DNA of 64,000 nt from an uncultured Haloferula sp. (GCA_965652295.1 CBFGTS010000004.1:64001-128000), one strand, 5' to 3'. Positions 27,787-38,326 are shown, counted from the stretch's first letter. Translations and numbers: made by a program. The notes: generated by a model not told the origin, from the sequence alone.

Positions 27787-29447
27787 TGGAGCTTGGTGTA
27801 GGGACCGTTGTTCTGGAGAAGTTCGGCGTGGGTGCCGGATTCGGCGATGCGGCCATCGACGAGGACGATGATGCGATCGGCGGCCTCGATGGTGCTGAGA
27901 CGGTGGGCGATGACGAAGCAGGTGCGGTCGGCGCGGAGGATTTCGAGGGCTTGTTGGACGAGGCGCTCGGTGCGGTTGTCGAGGGCGGAGGTGGCTTCGT
28001 CGAGAAGCAGGATGGGCGGGTTTCTCAACAGCGCACGGGCGATGGAGAGACGCTGCTTTTCTCCGCCGGAAAACCGGATGCCGCGCTCGCCGGCAAGGGT
28101 GTCGAGCCCCTCCGGGAGCTCGCGGACGAAAACAGCGGCGTTGGCACTTTCAAGAGCGGCCCAGAGTTCATCGTCGGTGGCCTCGGGGCGGGCGATGCGG
28201 AGGTTGGCGCGAAGGGTGTCGTTGAAAAGAAAGCTGTCCTGGGTGACGTAGCCGATGCGGTCGCGCAGCCATTCTTTGGAGATCCCGGCCAGAGGTTGGT
28301 CATCGAGGAGAAGGCGGCCGGCGGTGGGTTCGTAGAATCGGGCGATGAGGTGGAGCAGGGTGGACTTCCCGGCACCGGTGGGACCGACGAGGGCGATGGT
28401 CTGGCCGGGGGCGGCGTGGAGGGAGATGCCGGAAACGGCGGGGTCGGAGCTACTGTTTTCATCGTAGCTGAAGGAGACGTCTTCGAAGCGGATATCGCCG
28501 CGCAGGGAGGCGGGCTGGAGTCCCTCGGTGAGATGCGGCTCGGCGGGACGGTCGAGGATTTCGCGAACGCGGCGGGTGGCGGTGCGACCGCGGTTGAAGG
28601 TCTGGGAGAGGGGGTTGATCTTCGAGACGGGATCAAAGAGAAAGCCCCAGGCAAAGAGGAAGTAGAACAGGGTGCCGGGGGAGATGTCGCCCTGGAGGAC
28701 GCGCCAGGCACCGTAGGCGACCATGAGGATGATGCCGGTCTCGGCGAGCAGGGAAACGAAGGGCCAAACGAGGGCCTGGCCTTTCATGACGCGCAGGTAG
28801 GACCGGCGGGTACGGTGGGAGGCGGCGGCGAAGGAGTCGAGCGTCTCGGGCTCGTGGGTGAAGACCTTGATCTGACGGATGCCGGAAAGGGAATCGTGGA
28901 GCCGTGAGTGGAGGTCGGCAGTGGCTTCGGACGACGCGCGCCAATGCGGGGCGGCGCGAACGGAGTGCCGCCAGGTGATGAGACCGATGAGGGGCAGGGG
29001 GGCGATGGCGACGAGGGCGAGCTGCCAATCGTGCCAGAAGAGTGCGCCGAGGATGGCGAGGAACTGGAACAGGGCGGGCAGGGCGACGTCGAGGGATTCG
29101 ACGAGCAGGCGCTGCATGGCGGGGACGTCATCAGCCACGCGGGACATGATTTCGCCGGAGGCGTGTCGATCAAACCAGCGGACGGGCTGGCGCTGGAGTC
29201 GGTCGAAGAGACGGACGCGGAGGTCGTGGATGAGGCGCGCCTCGTAGGACTGGGCGAGGAACGAGCGGAGCGAAAGCAGGGCCTGGCGCAGGGCGATGGC
29301 AGCGACGCCGATGAGGGTGGTGCGGAGGATCAGGTCGGGCCGGTTTTGGCCGATGATGACATCGGTGAACTCGCGCGCGATGGTCGGGATGACGAGGACC
29401 AGCGAGGTGCCGACGAGCGCGAGGACGATGAGGAGGAGGGCGCGCAT
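27735..29447 (-). CDS. ABC transporter, fused permease/ATP-binding (MsbA-like exporter)
   Basis: TM domain, GPTGAGKST, FSGGEKQR, LLLDEAT, IAHRLST. Confidence 0.92.
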   Translation of the reverse strand: MRALLLIVLALVGTSLVLVIPTIAREFTDVIIGQNRPDLILRTTLIGVAAIALRQALLSLRSFLAQSYEARLIHDLRVRLFDRLQRQPVRWFDRHASGEIMSRVADDVPAMQRLLVESLDVALPALFQFLAILGALFWHDWQLALVAIAPLPLIGLITWRHSVRAAPHWRASSEATADLHSRLHDSLSGIRQIKVFTHEPETLDSFAAASHRTRRSYLRVMKGQALVWPFVSLLAETGIILMVAYGAWRVLQGDISPGTLFYFLFAWGFLFDPVSKINPLSQTFNRGRTATRRVREILDRPAEPHLTEGLQPASLRGDIRFEDVSFSYDENSSSDPAVSGISLHAAPGQTIALVGPTGAGKSTLLHLIARFYEPTAGRLLLDDQPLAGISKEWLRDRIGYVTQDSFLFNDTLRANLRIARPEATDDELWAALESANAAVFVRELPEGLDTLAGERGIRFSGGEKQRLSIARALLRNPPILLLDEATSALDNRTERLVQQALEILRADRTCFVIAHRLSTIEAADRIIVLVDGRIAESGTHAELLQNNGPYTKLHRGGGFHPPSPPTPPVA

Positions 29448-29480
29448 GTCGGGTGAGTGGAAAGGAAAAAGGGGGAAGTG

Positions 29481-29518
29481 AAAAGCCGGGCTCTTCGGGA
29501 GAAGAGACCGGCTTTTTG
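29481..29518. terminator. Intrinsic terminator after bioB
   Basis: aaagccgg-ctcttc/gaagag-ccggcttt hairpin with flanking A and T tracts. Confidence 0.7.
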
Positions 29519-29549
29519 AGAAGGAGGCGGCGGGGCCGTCGCGGCGGCG

Positions 29550-30542
29550 TCAGCAGCTGGGGCAGAGCGGGGCTTCCTCGGTGCGGGCGGGGGCTTCGAG
29601 GAGCGGATTGGGGGCGAGGGTGCCGAGACCGATTTTTCCGAGGAGTTTGCGGTCGCGCTCGATGGCGGGGTTTTTACCGGTGAGCAGTTTTTCGCCGTAG
29701 AAAATGGAATTGGCTCCGGCGTAGAAGCAGAGGGTTTGGAGCTCGTCGGACATGCGCTCGCGGCCGGCGGAGAGGCGGACCTTGGACTTGGGCATGGCGA
29801 TGCGGGCGACGGCGATCATGCGGACGACATCGAGCGGCTCGACAGGAGCGGTGCCTTCGAGCGGGGTGCCGGGCATGGGCATGAGGGAGTTGATCGGCAC
29901 GCTCTCGGGCTGCGGGTTGAAGCTGGAAATGATTTCCAGCATGCGCAGGCGGTCTTTGGTCGTTTCGCCGAGGCCGAGGATGCCGCCGCAGCAGACGGAC
30001 ATGCCGGCGTCCTGCACGTTGCGGATGGTGTTGAGCCGGTCCTCGTAGGTGTGGGAGGTGACGATGTTCGGGTAGTGTTCGGGCGAGGTGTCGAGGTTGT
30101 GGTTGTAGGCGGTGACGCCGGCCTCGCGGAGCCGCTTGGCTTCCTCGGGACCCACTTCGCCGAGGGTCACGCAAACCTCCATGCCGAGGGTGGAAACCTC
30201 GCGGATGATTTCGAGGACCTGCTCGAAGCGCTCGGTGCCGCCGCGGACGCCTCGCCAGGCGGCACCCATGCAGAAACGGGTGGAGCCGGTTTCGCGGGCG
30301 TGGCGGGCGCGCTGCATGACGGCTTCTTTTTCCATGAGGCGCTCGAGCGGGACGCCGGAATTGTAGCGGGCGGACTGGGCGCAGTAGGAGCAGTCTTCGG
30401 AACAACCGCCGGTCTTGATGGAGAGCAGGGTGCAGAGCTGGACTTCGCCCTCGGGCCAGTGGCTCTCGTGAACCTCGTGGGCTTGCTTGAGGAGATCGAA
30501 AAGCGGGAGGTCGTGAAGGGCCTGGAGTTCGTCGAAGGTCAT
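29550..30542 (-). CDS. bioB: Biotin synthase
   Basis: KTGGCSEDCSYCAQS, YNHNLDT, PESVPIN, GANSIFYG. Confidence 0.96.
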   Translation of the reverse strand: MTFDELQALHDLPLFDLLKQAHEVHESHWPEGEVQLCTLLSIKTGGCSEDCSYCAQSARYNSGVPLERLMEKEAVMQRARHARETGSTRFCMGAAWRGVRGGTERFEQVLEIIREVSTLGMEVCVTLGEVGPEEAKRLREAGVTAYNHNLDTSPEHYPNIVTSHTYEDRLNTIRNVQDAGMSVCCGGILGLGETTKDRLRMLEIISSFNPQPESVPINSLMPMPGTPLEGTAPVEPLDVVRMIAVARIAMPKSKVRLSAGRERMSDELQTLCFYAGANSIFYGEKLLTGKNPAIERDRKLLGKIGLGTLAPNPLLEAPARTEEAPLCPSC

Positions 30543-30639
30543 GAGCTTGGTGGGATCGAAGGTGGAGAGAGGCTTACGGCGTCGGCGCGAGCTTGGCTCG
30601 GCGTTCCTTGCTGGATGATGGTTGCGGTTTGCTGGCGGG

Positions 30640-31341
30640 TCAGCGGGCCCAGCGGCCTTTGACGACGGGCATGATGCCGCGTCCGACAACGGTGTAGTCG
30701 GTGGGACCCACAGCCCCTTCGAGCGGCACGCCGAGGTGGCGCTTCCACACCTGGCTCATGCTCTCGCCGGTGTGGCAGCCCCAGCTCTTGCAGTAGGCGT
30801 TCTTGGCGAAAATGGAGCGGCTGATGCGATGGATGTCGTTCTCGTGCAGCCATGCGGTGGAGGCGGCCATGATGTCGTTGCCGTAGTCGAGCATGAAGCA
30901 GAACTTGTTACTATGACCGAAGTAGTCAAAAGTCTGGATCGATCCGCGCGGCCGGCTGTTGAGGGCGTTGACGAAATCACCCGAGGACGAGACCCAGCGC
31001 AGGGTCGCGTTGCGTTTGGCGGCCAACTCGCTGATCCAGGTAGTGTAGGGTTTGCCATCCTCGGCGGAGCGTGACTGATAGCCGGGGCGGTAGACGATCC
31101 AGACGAGCGGAGCGTTTTCGCCGTAGGCCTTGCGGATCTCCACCATGCGCAGCGTGGAGCCGCGGACGAAGTTCGCCCACCAACGATCGTGCTGGTCACG
31201 CTTCACACGCAGGTCTTCCCATTTGCGCAACGCGGGCCCGCCGGTGACGATGACGTGGTCGGCGAGGGCGGTGGGGATCAGCCCGAGAACCAGCAGGGCG
31301 ATCAGAAGGTGGCGGAGGATGGCGGGCATGACGCGGGGCAT
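30640..31341 (-). CDS. Secreted hypothetical protein, possible His-Cys peptidase fold
   Basis: Signal peptide; DYFGHS...SWGCHTG. Start at 31341 or 31329. Confidence 0.65.
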   Translation of the reverse strand: MPRVMPAILRHLLIALLVLGLIPTALADHVIVTGGPALRKWEDLRVKRDQHDRWWANFVRGSTLRMVEIRKAYGENAPLVWIVYRPGYQSRSAEDGKPYTTWISELAAKRNATLRWVSSSGDFVNALNSRPRGSIQTFDYFGHSNKFCFMLDYGNDIMAASTAWLHENDIHRISRSIFAKNAYCKSWGCHTGESMSQVWKRHLGVPLEGAVGPTDYTVVGRGIMPVVKGRWAR

Positions 31342-31378
31342 TGGAAGGTCTGGAGGCGTGATTGGCAAATGCTGGATT

Positions 31379-32524
31379 TCAGCTGCGGGCGAAGGCATTG
31401 GCCATTTTTTCGAGACCTTCGAGCATCCGTGAGCGCGGACAGGCGAAGTTGAAGCGGAGCCAGCCGGGCCAGCCGAAGTAGGCACCGTCGGAAACGAAGA
31501 GCCCGGCTGCCTTCTCGAGATGGAGCGCGGGGTTGTCGTGACCGGTGGCGCGGGCGTCGATCCACTGGAGGTAGGTGGCTTCTCCGATCACCGGCTTCAG
31601 CGCGGGAATGTTGGCGGCGAGGAACTTCAGGAGGGTATCGCGGTTTTCCCGGAGGTAATCGATGAGTTCCAAGCGCCAGGGTTCGCCGTGGCGGTAGGCG
31701 GCCTCGGCTGCGTAGTAGGAGAGGGCGTTGATCTCGCTGAGGGTGTGGCCGCGGGCGGCGGAGAATTTCCGGCGGATGGAGTCGTCTGGGATCACGGCGT
31801 AGGCATAACCGAGGCCGGCGATGTTCCAGGTCTTGCTGGGGGAAAGCAGCGTGATGGTGTGCTGACGGAGCTCCTCCGGCAGGCGCAGCGCGGAGAAATG
31901 GGGCGTGGCGGCTTCGTCGAGGATCAGGTCGCAGTGGATCTCGTCGGAAACCAGGATGAGCTGGTGATCACGGCAGAATTCGGCGGCTTTCCGGACCTCC
32001 TCCTCGGTGAATGCCCGGCCGATCGGGTTCTGCGGGTTGCAGAGGATGAAGACTTTGGTTTCCGGGGTGAGGGCGGCGGCCATGGCCTCCCAGTCAAAGG
32101 TGTAGCGGCCGTCGACAAGGGCGTGATCGACGGTGATCAGCTTCGCGGCGGCATCGTGATGAACGCCGAGGAAAGGCGGATAAACCGGGGTGCAGGTCAT
32201 CACCGCCTCGCCTGGGCGGCAAAAGGCGCGTGCGGCGAGGGAAAGGGCGGGGACCAAGCCTCCAAGATGGATGACGTGTTCAAGCGGCGGGCGCGAGTCG
32301 TGCCGGGCGGCGAGGTAATCGAGAATGGCTTCGTTCAGGCCCTCGTGCGCCTGCGGGTAGCCGAAGATGCCGTGATCGACGCGGCGGTGCAGGGCGTCGA
32401 GAATCTCCGGACAGGAGGCGAAGTCCATGTCGGCGACCCAGAACGGGTCGAGATCGGGACGGCGGTCGTATTTGATGTTACCCGTGCCCCGGCGTGGGAT
32501 CACGGTGTCGAATCGGGAAGACAT
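31379..32524 (-). CDS. patB: PatB/MalY cystathionine beta-lyase (PLP-dependent)
   Basis: WVADMDF, CNPQNP, SDEIHCD, SPSKTWN, RFNFAC. Confidence 0.88.
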   Translation of the reverse strand: MSSRFDTVIPRRGTGNIKYDRRPDLDPFWVADMDFASCPEILDALHRRVDHGIFGYPQAHEGLNEAILDYLAARHDSRPPLEHVIHLGGLVPALSLAARAFCRPGEAVMTCTPVYPPFLGVHHDAAAKLITVDHALVDGRYTFDWEAMAAALTPETKVFILCNPQNPIGRAFTEEEVRKAAEFCRDHQLILVSDEIHCDLILDEAATPHFSALRLPEELRQHTITLLSPSKTWNIAGLGYAYAVIPDDSIRRKFSAARGHTLSEINALSYYAAEAAYRHGEPWRLELIDYLRENRDTLLKFLAANIPALKPVIGEATYLQWIDARATGHDNPALHLEKAAGLFVSDGAYFGWPGWLRFNFACPRSRMLEGLEKMANAFARS

Positions 32525-32528
32525 GGGA

Positions 32529-33470
32529 TTACGGTAGCGGGGCGTCGAGAGCTTGGGTGGCGGCCCCGATCATGCCGGCTTCGTTGCCGAAATGGGCGGG
32601 GAGCAGCTGGAGGGACTCCTTGAAGGGTGCGCTGAGCTGGGAGTCGAGGATTTCGCGCAGCGGTTCGAAAAGCAGCGGGCCCGCCTTGGCGACGCCGCCG
32701 CCGATGATGATGGCCTCGGGGTTGAGGAGCCAGCAGCAGTCCATGAGGACGTTGGCAAGCTGGGCGGCGATGGTTTTCCAGAGGGAAAGAGCGATGGGAT
32801 CGCCCTCCAAAGCCGAGCGCGACAAGGCGGCGGGCGAGAGGTCATCGAACGAGCGATGAAGGCCGCTCGCGTGATACGCCTCGGTGGCGGCCTGGGTGAT
32901 CTGCTGATTGCCGATGTATTCCTCCAGCGCTCCAAGATTGCCGTAGGTGCCGCGAAGGCCCTGCCAGTCGATCGACATCTGACCGACCTCGCCGGCCCCG
33001 AAGCGTGCGCCGCGGACCATCTGGCCATTGACGACGAGGCCGCCGCCCACGCCGGTGCCGAGGGTGATGGCGATGAGGTGTTGGAATCCGCGGCCGGCTC
33101 CGAGTTTCCACTCGGCGTAGGCCATGCAGTTGGCGTCGTTATCGACGACAACGGGAAGGCCGGTGCGCGAAGCGAGTTGTTGTTTGAGCGGGAAATCCCG
33201 CCAGCCGGGGACGTTGGTAAGGTTGTGGACGATGCCCTGCTCGAAATCGACGAACCCGGGCATGCCGACACCGATCGCGGCGATGCCGGGGTGGCGGACC
33301 CTGAGGTCCTCGATGTAGCGGAGCATGGCCTCGAGGAGCGGCTCGGCCCCGTCGAAATCCTGGGTGGCGATGGGTGGGGCGTGGTCGATGACATCGGCCT
33401 CGCGGATGACGCCGAATTTCACCGATGTGCCGCCAAAATCGATGCCAATGGCAAGGGCGTCGGGCTTCAT
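32529..33470 (-). CDS. ROK family sugar kinase (glucokinase-like)
   Basis: GIDFGGT, DNDAN, LGTGVGGG, AGEVG, IIGGGV. Confidence 0.9.
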   Translation of the reverse strand: MKPDALAIGIDFGGTSVKFGVIREADVIDHAPPIATQDFDGAEPLLEAMLRYIEDLRVRHPGIAAIGVGMPGFVDFEQGIVHNLTNVPGWRDFPLKQQLASRTGLPVVVDNDANCMAYAEWKLGAGRGFQHLIAITLGTGVGGGLVVNGQMVRGARFGAGEVGQMSIDWQGLRGTYGNLGALEEYIGNQQITQAATEAYHASGLHRSFDDLSPAALSRSALEGDPIALSLWKTIAAQLANVLMDCCWLLNPEAIIIGGGVAKAGPLLFEPLREILDSQLSAPFKESLQLLPAHFGNEAGMIGAATQALDAPLP

Positions 33471-33525
33471 GGCTGGAGGTGTAGGGAGGGATCCCGGGGA
33501 AGGCACGCCATTTTGCGCGGCGGGA

Positions 33526-34272
33526 TCAGGCGAACACACGGCGGCCTACGAGATCGAGTCCGTGGAGGGTGATGTCGGGATCGACGCGCTGGATTTCCGG
33601 GACCCCGCGAGCGATGAGCGCGGCATCGCCTCCGGTCGCGATCGCGATGGCATCGGTGTCCAGCTCGCGGCGGATGGCGGAGAGGATTTCCCGGACCAGG
33701 CCGCGGTAGCCGATGACGGCACCGGCGCGCATCGCCTCGGTGGTCGAGCGGCCGATGGCATGCTCGGGTTCCTCGAGTTCGACGATGGGAAGAAGGGCGG
33801 TTTTTCTGCCGAGGTAATCGCCCATGGCTCCCAGACCCGGGGCGATGACGCCGCCGAGGTAGGCGGGGGTGGCGGAGATCACGTCGAAGGTGACGGCGGT
33901 GCCGAAATCGATCACCACGGACGGTGCTCCGTGCCGGGCGACCACGCCGACGGCATTGGCGAGGCGATCCGCGCCGATGCTTTCCGGGCTGGGGTAATCG
34001 ATGCCGATCTCCAGCGGGCTGGTGGCCGAGAGCGAATGTAGCGGCGCGTGCGGGGCGAGGGCCGCGGCGATTTCGGTGGCCTTGGTGGGGACGACCGAGC
34101 AGAGAACCGCGGCATCGAAGCGAGCGCCCTCAAGTTTGGCGGTGAGGCGTATCTCGGAGATCTCCGCGGTGGGGATCCAAAAGGTTTCGCGCGCGATCCC
34201 GGACTCGTCGCTGAAGGCGAACTTGGTGCGGGTGTTGGAGTTGTCGATGAGGAGGAGGCGCATGGATTTCAC
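33526..34272 (-). CDS. coaX: Type III pantothenate kinase
   Basis: IDNSNT, GADR, IDFGTA.TFD, GGVIAPG, ATGG. Confidence 0.93.
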   Translation of the reverse strand: MKSMRLLLIDNSNTRTKFAFSDESGIARETFWIPTAEISEIRLTAKLEGARFDAAVLCSVVPTKATEIAAALAPHAPLHSLSATSPLEIGIDYPSPESIGADRLANAVGVVARHGAPSVVIDFGTAVTFDVISATPAYLGGVIAPGLGAMGDYLGRKTALLPIVELEEPEHAIGRSTTEAMRAGAVIGYRGLVREILSAIRRELDTDAIAIATGGDAALIARGVPEIQRVDPDITLHGLDLVGRRVFA

Positions 34273-34730
34273 CAGCGGTGGGTGTGGAAAGTCTGGCTCT
34301 CGTCGTTTTCCATGGCGGGGACACCACTTCGGGATCGGACCTTGAGGCGAGCGGAGCCGGCCTGGAGTTCCAGAGGGCCGGCGAGTTGGGACTCTTCCAG
34401 CCAGAATTTCACGGACAGTGCATGGATTTCGCCCAGGCCCGCGACTTCGGAGGCATCGGTGGCGGGAGTGCCTTCAAGGTCGATTTGAGCGGGTTTGACG
34501 GCTTCCCGGTCCGGAACGAGCAGCAGGAGGGGATCGGGCACGGCTTGGCCCGCTTCGGCCCGAAGGTGCAGATCGAGCCAGAAATACGAATGATCGCGCG
34601 TCAGCCGGGCCGTCTCGATGCGGATGGGCGAGTCGGAGATCCGCCACTGATAGGGGCGGACCCACAGCCAGCCGGCGGCGACGAGGGTGAGGCTGGCGAG
34701 AACGAGGAGCCAAAGGGTGCGGCGCTTCAC
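34269..34730 (-). CDS. Membrane-anchored hypothetical protein
   Basis: GTG start, N-terminal TM, stop overlaps the coaX start. Confidence 0.6.
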   Translation of the reverse strand: MKRRTLWLLVLASLTLVAAGWLWVRPYQWRISDSPIRIETARLTRDHSYFWLDLHLRAEAGQAVPDPLLLLVPDREAVKPAQIDLEGTPATDASEVAGLGEIHALSVKFWLEESQLAGPLELQAGSARLKVRSRSGVPAMENDESQTFHTHRW

Positions 34731-34771
34731 GGGAGAGGGTTATTTCAAAACCGGTGACGCGCACCAGACAC

Positions 34772-34802
34772 AAAAAACAGGCGGCCCGGGAGGGCCGCCT
34801 GT
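34772..34802 (-). terminator. Intrinsic terminator after amtB
   Basis: acaggcggccc/gggccgcctgt stem followed by a T tract on the minus strand. Confidence 0.85.
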
Positions 34803-34837
34803 GGGTCGGAATGACTTCCGTGTCTGGGGGGATCAAA

Positions 34838-36178
34838 TTAGTCCGTGTAAGCCGGAGCGCCGTGCTCGGCCACGTCCAGGCCTTCTTCTTCCTCCTGGGC
34901 ATCCACGCGGACGCCGAGGGTGAACTTGAGGATGAGGAACAGGACGAGGGAGCCCACGAAGGCGAAGGCGGAGATTGCCAAGGTGCCCAAGAGCTGAACA
35001 CCGAAGCTGTGGTCGGGGTTGGTGCTGAAGATGCCGACCGCGAGGGTGCCCCAAACGCCGCAGATGCCGTGGACGGAGACCGCACCGACCGGGTCGTCGA
35101 TCTTGATCTTGTCGAAGAAGATGACCGAGAAGACGACGATGGCTCCTGCGACGGCACCGACGACGACGGACATCCAAGGGGAGATGGAGTCCGCACCGGC
35201 GGTGATGCCGACAAGGCCGGCGAGGATACCGTTGAGACCCATCGAAAGGTCGGGCTTCTTGAGGACGGTCCATGAGGTGAGCATGGCGGCGAGGCCACCG
35301 GCGAAGCCGGCCATGGCGGTGGTCACGAAGACGCGGGACACGGCCTCGGGATCAGCGCTCAGCACCGAGCCACCGTTGAAGCCGAACCAGCCGAGGAAGA
35401 GCATGAACACGCCGATGTTGGCGAGGGGCAGGTTGTGGGGAAGGATGGGCTTGACGCCCTCCTTGGTGAACTTGCCGCGGCGTGGGCCGAGGATGATGAT
35501 GGCTGCCAGAGCGGCGAAACCACCGAAGGCGTGAACGAGGGTCGAGCCGGCGAAGTCGTAGAAGCCTTTGGCGTCGAGCCAGCCCGTGCCCCATTTCCAG
35601 GAGCCCGTGATGGGGTAGAGAAGGCCGACCAGAATCGTCGCGTAGATCATGAAGCTGACCAGCTTCACACGCTCGGCGACGGCACCCGAGACGATCGTCG
35701 CGGCGGTGGCAGCGAACATCGCTTGGAAGATGAAGTCGGACCAAATGGTGTAGCTGGCGTATTCCGCGGTGACGCTCGCCGTCCGCTCTGCTTCGTCGGC
35801 AAAGCCATTGAGGAGGGGGGTGCCCATGGAGAAGAAGCCGTTCCAATCCACTCCCATCTCGCCGGGATACATCGCGTTGAAGCCCCAGGCCATGTAGGTG
35901 AGGGCACCGATGCAAACGATGAACACGTTCTTGAACAGGATGTTCACCGTGTTCTTTTTTTGGCAAAGGCCGGATTCCACCGAGCAGAAACCGAGGTGCA
36001 TGATGAACACCAGAGCCGCCGAAAGGAGAATCCAGAGGTTGTTGACGGTGAACATCGCCGCGTCACCTCCGGCCATGAAGGCCTCGTAGGTTCCCTCGGC
36101 GGGCGGCTCATCCTGGCCGAAGGCCGTGGCCGTCAGCATCAAGGGGATGAGGTATTTCAGTTTGGTCAGCATTCGCAT
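34838..36178 (-). CDS. amtB: Ammonium transporter
   Basis: FQAMFAAT, DFAGSTLVH, WFGFNGGS, DDPVGAVSVHG, EEEGLD..EHG. Confidence 0.96.
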   Translation of the reverse strand: MRMLTKLKYLIPLMLTATAFGQDEPPAEGTYEAFMAGGDAAMFTVNNLWILLSAALVFIMHLGFCSVESGLCQKKNTVNILFKNVFIVCIGALTYMAWGFNAMYPGEMGVDWNGFFSMGTPLLNGFADEAERTASVTAEYASYTIWSDFIFQAMFAATAATIVSGAVAERVKLVSFMIYATILVGLLYPITGSWKWGTGWLDAKGFYDFAGSTLVHAFGGFAALAAIIILGPRRGKFTKEGVKPILPHNLPLANIGVFMLFLGWFGFNGGSVLSADPEAVSRVFVTTAMAGFAGGLAAMLTSWTVLKKPDLSMGLNGILAGLVGITAGADSISPWMSVVVGAVAGAIVVFSVIFFDKIKIDDPVGAVSVHGICGVWGTLAVGIFSTNPDHSFGVQLLGTLAISAFAFVGSLVLFLILKFTLGVRVDAQEEEEGLDVAEHGAPAYTD

Positions 36179-36220
36179 GGTTGGTTGGCGTGGTTGGTTT
36201 TGATGAACGCGGCCGACGAA

Positions 36221-36237
36221 AGCACCTGCCGTGCCAA
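36221..36237 (-). promoter_or_regulatory. Putative sigma-54 (-24/-12) promoter for amtB
   Basis: Minus strand TTGGCAC-GGCAG-GTGCT with exact GG-N10-GC spacing, about 40 nt upstream of the start. Confidence 0.65.
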
Positions 36238-36570
36238 CCTTGGTTTCGCGGTGCAAACGAAGCGCTTGAGCCGGTTCTAGAGAGAATCCAGAGCTGCGGG
36301 GGGGACGCAGAGCGGGCGTTCCCCGGGCGTCCGACGGAGCACAAGGAAATGGCCTTGCCAGTGGCTTTTCTGCTGCCTAACTACCGCCCGGGCGAGTGGC
36401 ACCCCGCCGTGCTTTTCGCTGGACACGTTCGTTAGGATTTCTTAAGCAAGTCCCCGATGAATGGCGTCCGGCAGCCGAAACAGCATGGCGGACGCTAGTC
36501 GCCCCAAGTCTCCCGAAGTCGGATTCGTCCAAGCTCGGGGGTTCTAGCAGCAACCGAAAAATTAAAAACG

Positions 36571-37335
36571 ATGCGCAACTACAGCAAAACCGTTGGCGCC
36601 CTGGCCGCTGCCTCCACCCTCGTGGCTGGCTACGCTTCGGCGGAACTTGAAGGTGAAGTGCACGTTGGCTACGCCAACATGTACGAATTCCGATTCGTGG
36701 ACCTCGGCAACGACCTCATCGAATCCGGTGCGGACGTGGCTTGGTCCATGGGTGACCTGAGCTTCAACGCCGGTGCCTGGTACGCGTCCTATGATGCTCC
36801 GGGTGCTTTTGGTGCTGCGGCCATCAACAGCGACGAACTCGATCTCTACGGTGGCGTGAGCTACGGGATCGGCGACCTCACTCTTGAGCTTGGGTACATT
36901 TACTACTACTTCCCTGACCTCAGCGCCGATACCCAGGAAGTTTACCTCGGTGCTTCCTACGAGCTTCCGTTCGGAATCGCCCTTGGTTCGACCTTCTACT
37001 ACGACTTCGACGCGAACGACGGCTGGTATTGGGACACCAACATCGGCTACACCATCGAATTCAACGACTGCCTTGCCCTTGAGCTGGGTGCTGGCGTTGG
37101 CTTCGCCGACGGCCACGGTCTTCAGGCTTCGGCCCGCCCCGGTTCCGTTGGTACCGCCGACGGTTTCCAAGGTTACTACCTGACCGCCGCTCTTCCGTGG
37201 GAATTCCGCGAAGGTGTGACCCTGTCGCCCTACGTGAAGTACACCAACGGCGAAAGCGACCTCGTGACCGACCTTTACGGTAACAGCGGTCAAGAATACC
37301 TCGTGGCAGGCGTCAGCCTCGCCGTGGGCTTCTGA
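36571..37335 (+). CDS. Outer-membrane beta-barrel/porin (TIGR02001/Gcw_chp-like)
   Basis: Signal peptide, [21 protein letters not shown]-terminal Phe. Confidence 0.8.
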   Translation: MRNYSKTVGALAAASTLVAGYASAELEGEVHVGYANMYEFRFVDLGNDLIESGADVAWSMGDLSFNAGAWYASYDAPGAFGAAAINSDELDLYGGVSYGIGDLTLELGYIYYYFPDLSADTQEVYLGASYELPFGIALGSTFYYDFDANDGWYWDTNIGYTIEFNDCLALELGAGVGFADGHGLQASARPGSVGTADGFQGYYLTAALPWEFREGVTLSPYVKYTNGESDLVTDLYGNSGQEYLVAGVSLAVGF

Positions 37336-37370
37336 TCCCGCGGGGTTCAAATCTGAACCTCAACGATTCT

Positions 37371-37404
37371 GGCGGCCGTCTCCTTGGGAGGCGGCCGCCT
37401 TTTT
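37371..37404 (+). terminator. Intrinsic terminator after porin
   Basis: ggcggccgtctcc/ggaggcggccgcc stem followed by TTTTT. Confidence 0.85.
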
Positions 37405-37426
37405 GCGTTCGGAGGTTTCCAGCAAC

Positions 37427-38326
37427 TCAATCGCCTGCTCTGGGATGGGCTTGATTGTAGGCGTTCCGCAGACGCTCCTTGGTCACGTGGGTGTAGACCT
37501 GGGTGGTGGAAAGCGAAGCGTGACCGAGCATCGACTGCACCGAGCGCAGGTCGGCTCCGGCGTCCAGAAGATGGGTGGCGAAGCTGTGGCGGAGCTTGTG
37601 CGGTGAGATGGGAAAAGGGATCGAGGAGAGCCCGACGTACTTCCGCAGCAAAAGGTCGATAGCCTGTTGGGTGATCCGGGTGCGACGTTTGCTGAGAAAA
37701 AGCGGTCCCGAAGCGATGCCTGCTTCCCGCATGTAGCGGCGAATGGCTTCGAGTGCGGGATTTCCGATCGGGATCAGTCGTTCCTTGGAACCCTTGCCTA
37801 CGACCCGGAGCGTTTCGCCGAGGAAATCGAGGGATGAGACGTCGAGGGACCGGAGTTCGGAAATGCGGAGGCCGCAGGAGTAGAACAGCTCAAGAATGGC
37901 CGCGTCCCGGAAGGGGAGCCACGGAGGAGAGTTGCGGGGAACGGGGGTCTTGAGGGGGAGGGAAAGAAGTTCGTCGATTTGGGAAACATTCAGAACGACG
38001 GGCAGCTTCCGTGGTGCCTTCGGGAGCTGGATGGCGGCGACCGGACTCGCGGCCAGACCGCGGCGGTGGACGAGATATTTGTAGAACGACCGGAGGGCGG
38101 AAAACCGGAGCCGGATGGTGGATCTCGACAAACCGGACTTCATCATGGCGAACAGCCAATCCCGGAAGGGCTGCTCATCAAGCCCCCGCCAATCGGGTGC
38201 ACCTTGAGGAGAGGCGAATTTGCGGAACGATTCGAGGGAGTGGAGGTAGTTCTGAACGGTGCGCGGCGAGCAGTTCTTCTCCGTGGAAAGGAAGGAGAGG
38301 AAGTCGGAGGCAAGGGGATCGGTCAT
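37427..38326 (-). CDS. xerC: Tyrosine recombinase XerC
   Basis: [46 protein letters not shown]. Confidence 0.88.
   Translation of the reverse strand: MTDPLASDFLSFLSTEKNCSPRTVQNYLHSLESFRKFASPQGAPDWRGLDEQPFRDWLFAMMKSGLSRSTIRLRFSALRSFYKYLVHRRGLAASPVAAIQLPKAPRKLPVVLNVSQIDELLSLPLKTPVPRNSPPWLPFRDAAILELFYSCGLRISELRSLDVSSLDFLGETLRVVGKGSKERLIPIGNPALEAIRRYMREAGIASGPLFLSKRRTRITQQAIDLLLRKYVGLSSIPFPISPHKLRHSFATHLLDAGADLRSVQSMLGHASLSTTQVYTHVTKERLRNAYNQAHPRAGD

Noticed and set aside
27446..27856. 136-aa ORF across the REP mosaic
   Set aside because: It is a translation of repeat DNA overlapping both flanking genes, with no protein-like features.
37427..38326. Tyrosine recombinase as a prophage or island integrase
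   Set aside because: Length and motifs match housekeeping XerC; it is translationally coupled to the Fur operon; no att sites, tRNA or phage genes were seen.
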